Shown here: piece after piece, positions 50,101 to 64,000 of the stretch
Layout: each line of letters opens with the position of its first letter
Numbering within the stretch: position 1 is the stretch's first letter
NCBI GenBank assembly: GCA_002269645.1
Contig: NIVC01000441.1
Coordinates: 62,001 to 126,000 of the forward strand
Length of the DNA stretch: 64,000 nucleotides
Direction: 5' to 3'
Source of the DNA: Macrostomum lignano
Taxonomy: Eukaryota
Made by a program: the position numbers and the translations under genes
The notes under the pieces: model-generated
The model's database searches: none
Told to the model about the DNA's origin: nothing
Seen by the model: the letters and a program-made list of their open reading frames with translations, nothing else

Positions 50101-53100
50101 AGTGTCCTGGGTGTCTGTCTGTGTGTCTTAGTGTCCTGGGTGTCTGTCTGTGTGTCTTAGTGTCCTGGGTGTCTGTCTGTGTGTCTTAGTGCCCTTAGTG
50201 TCTGTCTGAATGTCTTAGTGTCCTTGGTGCCTGTCTGCATGTCTTAGTGTCCTGGGTGTCTGTCTGTGTGTCTTAGTGCCCTGGGTGTCTGCCTGCATGT
50301 CTTAGTGCCCTTGGTGTCTGTCTGTGTGTCTTAGTGTCCTGGGTGTCTGTCTGCATGTCTTAGTGTCCTTGGTGCCTGTCTGCATGTCTTAGTGTCCTGG
50401 GTGTCTGTCTGTGTGTCTTAGTGCCCTTAGTGTCTGTCTGCATGTCTTAGTGTCCTGGGTGTCTGTCTGCATGTCTTAGTGCCCTTGGTGTCTGTCTGTG
50501 TGTCTTAGTGTCCTGGGTGTCTGTCTGTGTGTCTTAGTGTCCTGGGTGTCTGTCTGTGTGTCTTAGTGTCCTGGGTGTCTGTCTGTGTGTCTTAGTGTCC
50601 TGGGTGTCTGTCTGTGTGTCTTAGTGTCCTGGGTGTCTGTCTGTGTGTCTTAGTGCCCTTAGTGTCTGTCTGAATGTCTTAGTGTCCTTGGTGCCTATCT
50701 GCATGTCTTAGTGTCCTGGGTGTCTGTCTGTGTGTCTTAGTGTCCTGGGTGTCTGTCTGTGTGTCTTAGTGTCCTGGGTGTCTGTCTGCATGTCTTAGTG
50801 TCCTGGGTGTCTGTCTGTGTGTCTTAGTGTCCTGGGTGTCTGTCTGTGTGTCTTAGTGTCCTGGGTGTCTGTCTGTGTGTCTTAGTGTCCTGGTTGTCTG
50901 TCTGTGTGTCTTAGTGTCCTGGGTGTCTGTCTGTGTGTCTTAGTGTCCTGGGTGTCTGTCTGTGTGTCTTAGTGTCCTGGGTGTCTGTCTGTGTGTCTTA
51001 GTGCCCTTAGTGTCTGTCTGAATGTCTTAGTGTCCTTGGTGCCTGTCTGCATGTCTTAGTGTCCTGGGTGTCTGTCTGTGTGTCTTTGTGCCCTGGGTGT
51101 CTGTCTGCATGTCTTAGTGCCCTTGGTGTCTGTCTGTGTGTCTTAGTGTCCTGGGTGTCTGTCTGCATGTCTTAGTGTCCTTGGTGTCTGTCTGCATGTC
51201 TTAGTGCCCTTGGTGTCTGTCTGTGTGTCTTAGTGTCCTGGGTGTCTGTCTGCATGTCTTAGTGTCCTTGGTGTCTGTCTGCATGTCTTAGTGCCCTTGG
51301 TGTCTGTCTGTGTGTCTTAGTGTCCTGGGTGTCTGTCTGTGTGTCTTAGTGTCCTGGGTGTCTGTCTGTGTGTCTTAGTGCCCTTAGTGTCTGTCTGCAT
51401 GTCTTAGTGTCCTGGGTGTCTGTCTGCATGTCTTAGTGCCCTTGGTGTCTGTCTGTGTGTCTTAGTGTCCTGGGTGTCTGTCTGTGTGTCTTAGTGTCCT
51501 GGGTGTCTGTCTGTGTGTCTTAGTGTCCTGGGTGTCTGTCTGTGTGTCTTAGTGTCCTGGGTGTCTGTCTGTGTGTCTTAGTGTCCTGGGTGTCTGTCTG
51601 TGTGTCTTAGTGCCCTTAGTGTCTGTCTGAATGTCTTAGTGTCCTTGGTGCCTGTCTGCATGTCTTAGTGTCCTGGGTGTCTGTCTGTGTGTCTTAGTGT
51701 CCTGGGTGTCTGTCTGTGTGTCTTAGTGTCCTGGGTGTCTGTCTGCATGTCTTAGTGTCCTGGGTGTCTGTCTGTGTGTCTTAGTGTCCTGGGTGTCTGT
51801 CTGCATGTCTTAGTGTCCTGGGTGTCTGTCTGTGTGTCTTAGTGCCCTTAGTGTCTGTCTGCATGTCTTAGTGTCCTGGGTGTCTGTCTGCATGTCTTAG
51901 TGCCCTTGGTGTCTGTCTGTGTGTCTTAGTGTCCTGGGTGTCTGTCTGTGTGTCTTAGTGTCCTGGGTGTCTGTCTGTGTGTCTTAGTGTCCTGGGTGTC
52001 TGTCTGTGTGTCTTAGTGTCCTGGGTGTCTGTCTGTGTGTCTTAGTGTCCTGGGTGTCTGTCTGTGTGTCTTAGTGCCCTTAGTGTCTGTCTGAATGTCT
52101 TAGTGTCCTGGGTGTCTGTCTGTGTGTCTTAGTGTCCTGGGTGTCTGTCTGTGTGTCTTAGTGTCCTGGGTGTCTGTCTGTGTGTCTTAGTGTCCTGGGT
52201 GTCTGTCTGTGTGTCTTAGTGTCCTGGGTGTCTGTCTGTGTGTCTTAGTGCCCTTAGTGTCTGTCTGAATGTCTTAGTGTCCTTGGTGCCTGTCTGCATG
52301 TCTTAGTGTCCTGGGTGTCTGTCTGTGTGTCTTAGTGTCCTGGGTGTCTGTCTGTGTGTCTTAGTGTCCTGGGTGTCTGTCTGCATGTCTTAGTGTCCTG
52401 GGTGTCTGTCTGTGTGTCTTAGTGTCCTGGGTGTCTGTCTGCATGTCTTAGTGTCCTGGGTGTCTGTCTGTGTGTCTTAGTGCCCTTAGTGTCTGTCTGC
52501 ATGTCTTAGTGTCCTGGGTGTCTGTCTGCATGTCTTAGTGCCCTTGGTGTCTGTCTGTGTGTCTTAGTGTCCTGGGTGTCTGTCTGCATGTCTTAGTGTC
52601 CTTGGTGTCTGTCTGCATGTCTTAGTGCCCTTGGTGTCTGTCTGTGTGTCTTAGTGTCCTGGGTGTCTGTCTGCATGTCTTAGTGTCCTTGGTGTCTGTC
52701 TGCATGTCTTAGTGCCCTTGGTGTCTGTCTGTGTGTCTTAGTGTCCTTGGTGCCTGTCTGCATGTCTTAGTGTCCTGGGTGTCTGTCTGTGTGTCTTAGT
52801 GCCCTTAGTGTCTGTCTGCATGTCTTAGTGTCCTGGGTGTCTGTCTGCATGTCTTAGTGCCCTTGGTGTCTGTCTGTGTGTCTTAGTGTCCTGGGTGTCT
52901 GTCTGTGTGTCTTAGTGTCCTGGGTGTCTGTCTGTGTGTCTTAGTGTCCTGGGTGTCTGTCTGTGTGTCTTAGTGTCCTGGGTGTCTGTCTGTGTGTCTT
53001 AGTGTCCTGGGTGTCTGTCTGTGTGTCTTAGTGCCCTTAGTGTCTGTCTGAATGTCTTAGTGTCCTTGGTGCCTGTCTGCATGTCTTAGTGTCCTGGGTG

Positions 53101-55675
53101 TCTGTCTGTGTGTCTTAGTGTCCTGGGTGTCTGTCTGTGTGTCTTAGTGTCCTGGGTGTCTGTCTGCATGTCTTAGTGTCCTGGGTGTCTGTCTGTGTGT
53201 CTTAGTGTCCTGGGTGTCTGTCTGTGTGTCTTAGTGTCCTGGGTGTCTGTCTGTGTGTCTTAGTGTCCTGGGTGTCTGTCTGCATGTCTTAGTGTCCTGG
53301 GTGTCTGTCTGTGTGTCTTAGTGTCCTGGGTGTCTGTCTGTGTGTCTTAGTGTCCTGGGTGTCTGTCTGCATGTCTTAGTGTCCTGGGTGTCTGTCTGTG
53401 TGTCTTAGTGTCCTGGGTGTCTGTCTGTGTGTCTTAGTGTCCTGGGTGTCTGTCTGTGTGTCTTAGTGTCCTGGGTGTCTGTCTGTGTGTCTTAGTGTCC
53501 TGGGTGTCTGTCTGTGTGTCTTAGTGCCCTTAGTGTCTGTCTGAATGTCTTAGTGTCCTTGGTGCCTGTCTGCATGTCTTAGTGTCCTGGGTGTCTGTCT
53601 GTGTGTCTTAGTGTCCTGGGTGTCTGTCTGTGTGTCTTAGTGTCCTTGGTGTCTGTCTGCATGTCTTAGTGCCCTTGGTGTCTGTCTGTGTGTCTTAGTG
53701 TCCTTGGTGCCTGTCTGCATGTCTTAGTGCCCTTGGTATCTGTCTGTGTGTCTTAGTGTCCTGGGTGTCTGTCTGCATGTCTTAGTGTCCTTGGTGTCTG
53801 TCTGCATGTCTTAGTGCCCTTGGTGTCTGTCTGTGTGTCTTAGTGTCATTGGTGCCTGTCTGCATGTCTTAGTGCCCTTGGTGTCTGTCTGCATGTCTTA
53901 GTGTCCTGGGTGTCTGTCTGCATGTCTTAGTGCCCTTGGTGTCTGTCTTCATGTCTTAGTGCCCTTGGTGTCTGTCTGCATGTCTTAGTGCCCTTGGTGT
54001 CTGTCTGCATGTCTTAGTGCCCTGGGTGTCTGTCTGCATGCCTTAGTGTCCTGGGTGTCTGTCTGCATGTCTTAGTGCCCTTGGTGTCTGTCTGCATGTC
54101 TTAGTGTCCTTGGTGTCTGTCTGCATGTCTTAGTGTCCTGGGTGTCTGTCTGCATGTCTTAGTGTCCTGGGTGTCATTAGTGACTGAGTATTTTTGGTGA
54201 CTGACTGTCTTTATTGTCTTTATCTTTAGTTTGTGAGTGTCTTTAGTGTCTGAATTATCTTTAGTGTCTGAAGTGTCTTTAGTGACAGAGTGTCTTCAGT
54301 GACAGAGTGTCTTTACGTTATTTGTCTCTCGCAGTGTCTTAATCCATTATCTCACCGTCTTACTGTCTAGCTAAGTGCGACGTACTTTAGTGCCCGTGAA
54401 TTTTCAGTCTGTACCTGCTCTGTCGCAATCATTCAACTACCCGTATTAACTCATCTATGCACACAAACAGTTTGAAGTTGATTTCTTAAACGCTCACCAG
54501 CCATTGACCCGCTTATCAATCGCGTCAGATTGCCTTCGCCTAGCGAGGCTGACAAACTCTGAAATTGGTCAACAGTAGAGCGTCAAGGGCTGAAGATGAA
54601 TCTAAGAAACACAAGCAGTCCCCCAGAAGCTTACATTATTGTACACATCGAATGATAGAAATTGTATAGCCGAGTAGGGGAATATACGTATCATTTGAGC
54701 TCCATTGCTTCGATAGAAACCAGCGATGCCCTCAACTGACCAGATGTGGCGAAGAGTGCCGAAAATGCCTGAGAATAGTGAGAATACAAATGCACTATGA
54801 GAGCAGGTCATTGCCAATTAAGTTTGCTACCAAAGCAAACTTTGATTTCTCTATACAGTATTAATCTTTAGTCAATAAAACATTTTCAAAGACAGGTCTT
54901 ACCATGAGATTCGTGAGCATGATTGTGCGTCTGGAGAAGGATTTTGACTCGGTCCAGTGGTGCAACTGTTGTCTTGGCTAGGCAGCCAGCCATACCTAAG
55001 TAGTTCAAAGTATATTTTAGCAGTCTTATGCTAGCTATAAATCTCTTTTTTTCTAGAGTAATAAAAGGACACAACAAAATAAAACCTTTGCAAAGATAGC
55101 ATCTCTCAAAGATAGCATCCCCCTAAATAGAAAGCATCTTCCAGACAGCAAGCATCCCCACATAGCAAACATCCCCTAGATAGCAACAGATAGCAAGAAC
55201 CCCCTCCCTTAGATAGCAAAACCCTTTCCCCTCCCAATAGCAAGCATTCTCTAGATAGCAAATACCCCCTCCCATAGATAGCAAACATCCTCCAATAGCA
55301 AACATGCCTAAATGGCAAGTCCTTGAATAGCAACCATCCCCAAAATAACAAGTAGGCCCAGCTAGTGCAAAAATCAAGCACAGATCTTGAATTTTTTTAG
55401 GGCAGAGGCAAGCTATACCAAGCACTATATAATCTAATATTAGAAAATGGACCTGGCAAATTTGTAGGCAAAAAGGAATGGCCCAATTTTTTGGATTTTT
55501 ATATAAATTATAAACTTTAAGCCTTCATTAAACTTATATATTTTAAGACTAGATTTATCATGTACAATTTATAATAAAACTTACCTCCACATAGAAAAAT
55601 AGTTGCTTTTCCTCTGAGTTCAAATACTTTATCGATCATGCTTGCTTTATCATCTTTTTTAATCTGAGCTTCCAT
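47119..55675 (-). CDS. SLC25A16: Mitochondrial carrier SLC25A16 (Graves disease carrier); exons 55675-55585, 54995-54903, 54768-54635, 54558-54498, 48080-47695, 47319-47119 (321 aa)
   Basis: Spliced: FLCGG|MAGCLAKTTVAPLDRVKILLQTHNH...NGAQMIRIFPYSAIQF...GMTAVSLTYPLDVVRTRLAYQ...QTVSYPLDCARRYMQ|...LYRGLSLNY. Three Px(D/E) carrier signatures; all junctions GT-AG and phase-compatible (966 nt). Confidence 0.93.
47345..47692. repeat. ~24-29-bp minisatellite (CACACAGTCAGTGCCAGTGCCCGCG) filling SLC25A16 intron 5
   Basis: The array begins at the donor GT (47694-47693 on the minus strand). Confidence 0.93.
48105..54175. repeat. 6.1-kb satellite of 29-bp units (TGTCTTAGTGTCCTGGGTGTCTGTCTGTG) in SLC25A16 intron 4
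   Basis: Roughly 210 tandem units with recurring variant blocks; ends ~25 bp from the acceptor at 48081. Confidence 0.98.
55090..55350. repeat. Degenerate GATAGCA(A)ACATCCC repeat in SLC25A16 intron 1
   Basis: About 12 diverged copies, essentially without CpG. Confidence 0.65.
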
Positions 55676-57874
55676 AATTGATTAAATCTTTGTTAGCCCC
55701 CTTAATTACAATGTTATTTTTGTTGTTTTTAATAATAATATTCAATTTGTCCTTGGATTAATTTAGGAAATATAATTCATGGGTGTTTTCACTTTTAAGA
55801 AGCAAGTATTTATTTTCCAAACAAGATAGAGCATTATTTTGTTTCGAGAATTGTTATAAAAATAGTATTAAAAAGACCTACAAAAATAGCAGAACTCTGC
55901 TAATATTATTTTTCACCCAATATGCAACACTTATTTGTGGCACAGTCACTTTAAAAGTGGCAGAATGACAATTTTAGACTAATTCATGACAATTTTAGAC
56001 TAATTCATTCAACACTTGTCTTAAATTAGCCCAGTTGATATATTAGTTACAATTAAGACCTTCACTAGTCTAAACCAAGACAAATATATTGTCGAGCATA
56101 ATTTTCTCAATACTTCGTCAAAAAAGGATATTGGTTCTGTGATACTATTACTTTATTTCAGAATATTGCTTTCTTAAGGACTTTATAATAAAATTTACTC
56201 CTTTAGAGCTAAATTTGCATTAACATTTAACTAAGGCTAATTCGATTCAATCCTGCCCTGCTGATCTGATCCAATAATATGATGAAAAGTGACGTATTAA
56301 ATTAGTGCCTCAACTCACGATAAAAAAACTAGCCAATTAAAACTAAATATTTTAAAAATTACTTAGGTTTATTAGTGAACTTTTTTTGTTCAATAATTTT
56401 TTTGATTTTAGACAAAAATTTCATTTATGTATTGTACACCTCTGATTATACACTCGTGACTGTAAAAAGCATGGTCCTTTACTTAATCCCTTTTGCAAAT
56501 ACATATGACATGTAGATTATATTTACATGTACATGTACCACGAATGACGACTTTCAGTACCTAACACTACATATACATGTTTTATTGCTGCATGTAAATT
56601 AATAGTACTTACACAATTAAGTTCTCATGTAAAGATGATTACTGTCTCCTCTTTAATTTAATCTGCCGATACACTGCATATTACACTTGTAACTATACAA
56701 ATAATTTTTGTCGCTTTAAAACAGATTTATGACACATACTGTACACTGGTACATGCATATTCCTGGTACATGATCCCGACACATGATCCTGGTTTATGAT
56801 ACTGGTACATGATCCCGAATCAACACATCCCAGCAGCACTAGTATTGAAAATTAAATAGTGGAACAAGCGTTAAAAGCATTCTATGCTTTGTTAGCTTGT
56901 AAAAAGTTAAAAATGAAAGGTAGCAGAGTGTAGCTTAATTGATGGTCACTTGGTAGAATAAACGATTATAAATTTTGACTACTGTAATTAAGCGATTACC
57001 GTAGAGCTATAAGGTTCGATAAATATCGTAGCAGCAGCAACGGGGGTTGGGTGCCGCTTTGCAAATGTTCTGAATTAATTATTTGATAAAATGAATGGAC
57101 CTTCTGTATTGCATGCATTCTACCTGTAATCGTGGCTTATATTAGCAAGACTAAGGCAGTAGCAATATAAAACTGCCGCACCCATTGCTAAAGTGTCACA
57201 CCGCATCGAAATATCCGAATGGGCCATGCTGGGGAAGAACTTGCGCAGCGCTTTGTTAGATTTGAAGTCTAATAGAAATTTAAACTGCGCTGAAGCATGA
57301 GCTGCTTCGAGTGCTATACAAGTAGCTCAGATGTATAAAAGCTGGTCATGCAAGCTTTCTAGCAAACATTGCGAACAATGGAACTGATGAAATGACCGGG
57401 CTTAGGAGGAGTCTCTTCTTATCTCACCATCTAGTTAGTTAGATTTCTCTCTCCAACAGCAGAAGGAGCAGCCGCTGGGGCTTGGCACTCACTTTGATGG
57501 TTCAGTGTACAGCAGCATCTGCACAGTTCTCCGCAGCTCAGTTTGCACACTGCAAATTCAAGCCCGGCCTGTTGCCTAGGGTGAGCCGGGGCTTGAATGG
57601 TTGGACAGGTGGAGCGTATGCCACAAGCTGCCGCCATAAAACTGCTTCTTTGACTCAATATTACCTTATTGTATCGCTTGAGAAGCAAATTTCTATTTCT
57701 AATCGAAGAAAGTTGTTGGACGAGACCAAATTGCCGGACAAGACGTTCAGTTTAGAAGTGAGTACTCAAAACTATTACTCTACGAACATCAATAGCTATG
57801 GCTTGCTGTTATCATTTTTTTAACTTTGGGGAGCTTGGGGTTCTCCATCCAATGCAGGACTTAAGTGTCTACTT

Positions 57875-58826
57875 ATTTAGGTGTCAGGACACACGAACTC
57901 AGGTGTCAGGACACACCAACTCAGGTGTCAGGACACACCAACTCAGGTGTGAGGACACACCAACTCAGGTGTCAGGACACACCAACTCAGGTGTCAGGAC
58001 ACACGAACTCAGGTGTCAGGACACACCAACTCAGGTGTGAGGACACACCAACTCAGGTGTGAGGACACACCAACTCAGGTGTCAGGACACACCAACTCAG
58101 GTGTCAGGACACACCAACTCAGGTGTGAGGACACACCAACTCAGGTGTGAGGACACACCAACTCAGGTGTCAGGACACACCAACTCAGGTGTGAGGACAC
58201 ACCAACTCAGGTGTCAGGACACACCAACTCAGGTGTCAGGACACACCAACTCAGGTGTGAGGACACACCAACTCAGGTGTGAGGACACACCAACTCAGGT
58301 GTCAGGACACACCAACTCAGGTGTCAGGACACACCAACTCAGGTGTGAGGACACACCAACTCAGGTGTGAGGACACACCAACTCAGGTGTCAGGACACAC
58401 CAACTCAGGTGTGAGGACACACCAACTCAGGTGTGAGGACACACCAACTCAGGTGTCAGGACACACCAACTCAGGTGTCAGGACACACCAACTCAGGTGT
58501 CAGGACACACCAACTCAGGTGTCAGGACACACCAACTCAGGTGTGAGGACACACCAACTCAGGTGTCAGGACACACCAACTCAGGTGTCAGGACACACGA
58601 ACTCAGGTGTCAGGACACACCAACTCAGGTGTCAGGGGTGCCAACTCAGGTGTCAGGGGTGCCAACTCAGGTGTCAGGGGTGCCAACTCAGGTGTCAGGG
58701 GTGCCAACTCATGTGTCAGGGGTGCCAACTCATGTGTCAGGGGTGCCAACTCAGCTGTCAGGGGTGCCAACTCATGTGTCAGGGGTGCCAACTCAGGTGT
58801 CAGGGGTGCCAACTCAGGTGTCAGGG
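57875..58826. repeat. 22-bp minisatellite (CAACTCAGGTGTCAGGACACAC) switching to a 21-bp variant (CAACTCAGGTGTCAGGGGTGC) at ~58630
   Basis: Tandem arrays upstream of the kinase ATG, possibly within a 5'UTR intron (candidate donor GTGAGT ~57759, acceptor ~59738). Confidence 0.96.
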
Positions 58827-59751
58827 CATTCTAAATCCTAGGCATCAGATGTCAGGGTATACGCTAAAATCGCATTAAAAGCTCACCAGGGTGCCTCCTT
58901 TGTCGCAAGCCGCTCCGACTCAAAAATGCAACTGTACCCTCGTATTATAATGCAACTCACTACACTGCTGCCAGGGTACAGAGTTGACACCTCCATCTTC
59001 AGAGTGAGAACACGAGACACGAGACTCCAGCCATTTTCCTGCATTGGTCAACACCCTTCAGATTCCCTGAAGTGCTTTGAGGCAAATCCTTTATAATTTT
59101 AAACCCGATCTACTTTTATCCCATTACGCTAAAGGATTAATGACACAACGGAAGGTGTCTGCTTGCATACTCTATTCAATCCCGGCATCCTTACAGTCTG
59201 CATTATATTAAGTTTTTATGGTCCATAGCTGGCATATGTATGGCAGCTCCGTGAAAGGCCCATTCAACAACAATGGCACGGCAGACCACCGACCCGCGAG
59301 AATGCTGAAGCCTCCAGATAGTCCCTGCAGGCTCTCCATTAGATGCATAATTAAAGGCAGGCGGTTCAACCGTAAATAGACTGAGATTTTCTCAATAGCC
59401 CCAGCCCCGTGTTAACAATGCAAGACGGTGAACTTTCAATCTGGAAAAAATTATCTTTGAGCTGAAATTCCAGCATTCCCCTAGCCAGCCAGGGGGATTT
59501 AGGGAGGCTGGGTTTGAGCTCAGCCAGGTTGCTCTCCTCTCCATCCCCCCTCACTCCCTCCTCTCTTCCCCTGAGCTCCTATCGGTTTCGCGGATTTTGG
59601 TAACCATGACAACCAGCCGGGTAGAACCAGCGGTTGGATGATGAGGCAAAATTAATCACACGTAAAACGGACAGAATCTCAGTGCTCCAAGAGTGATCTA
59701 AATTCGAAAAAATTGAAATATTATTAATTGCTTTGCAGCTTCATCCCATAG

Positions 59752-63247
<3,496 letters not shown>

Positions 63248-64000
63248 GTATGTTGAATTTTGCTTTATTCAACAATTTTTTTAACCTACATGTACAAGAA
63301 ATTTAACAATTTAACGATCTTTTAAAACTACAGAAATAGTGAAGGAATTTGTTAAATAATTTATATAGAAATCACGACTAGAAATTATAACAAATCATTG
63401 CAAGCACTGGTTCTATGGCACACTGAGAAATAAAAAGCGTGTCAGAGCTTCTCCCGCCGAACTTTGCCCTTTTCAATGTCATCTGTCTGGTGTCATCTGC
63501 TGAAGGTGCTGACGGCGTCAGGGTGATAACTGAGTGCTCGAGAGACCAGCTGAAGATGTCCAGCAGCTGAGGCTTGCCCACTGTCGAGGCTTGATCAGCG
63601 AAACTCGAGAAATTTGCAACAGCGTGTCCATAGTCACCTGGATCGAGCCACCTGCTGAAGGTCCAGAAGCTCCGCTTGGGTGAAGGCTAGTGACCAACGA
63701 AGTCAGAGCTGATGCAGACACATGTAGTCGACGTGCTGATGAAATTTGGAGGCTTGGCAAGGCTTCACTGAGGTGCACTGAATACACTGGCGCTTAGGGA
63801 AAAATCCGACCTTCCGGCAGAATCATCGAATATCTTGACGGTCCGGAGGGCTGGCGACTTGATAATTCTTGTTTGAGAAGGCGCGCAACAATAAGTTAGC
63901 CCGTTTTCTTAAATTTCCACCCACCCCCTTGGTAGTTCTAATTCTACTGTTATAATCAGACCATAATTTCTAAAATTATGAAGATTTTTTGAAAAACAAA

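Noticed and set aside
63400-63900. GC-richer stretch with minus-strand ORFs near the window end (convergent gene or further CDKL exon)
   Set aside because: No recognisable domain, stops in all frames, and no convincing in-phase splice pair with the CDKL donor at 63248.

Overview
Animal genomic DNA with spliceosomal introns, GC3-rich exons and very dense micro/minisatellites. This texture resembles a free-living flatworm such as Macrostomum, which is an inference only. Five host genes can be rebuilt by hand: nanos (+, 3 exons), RPL26 (+, 2 exons), an intronless P2X-family channel (+), the mitochondrial carrier SLC25A16 (-, 6 exons) and a CDKL2-like kinase (+, at least 6 exons). RPL26 and the P2X gene each carry an apparent 1-nt deletion in a G run. 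Mobile DNA includes a decaying full-length Ty3/gypsy element, a 5'-truncated RT+RNase H LINE, tRNA-derived SINEs, several hAT/MULE-type MITEs and two large foldback structures. About a third of the window is tandem arrays. The most notable observations are: (1) sharply bounded domains of C-to-T/G-to-A hypermutation, legible in paired TIRs, TSDs and LTRs; (2) a P2X channel that keeps all 10 ectodomain cysteines but has lost half of the canonical ATP-binding residues; (3) a 34-bp TIR-only transposon with a perfect 8-bp TSD; (4) a nested, exon-carrying foldback inside nanos intron 1. All coordinates and counts were read by eye and need computational confirmation.
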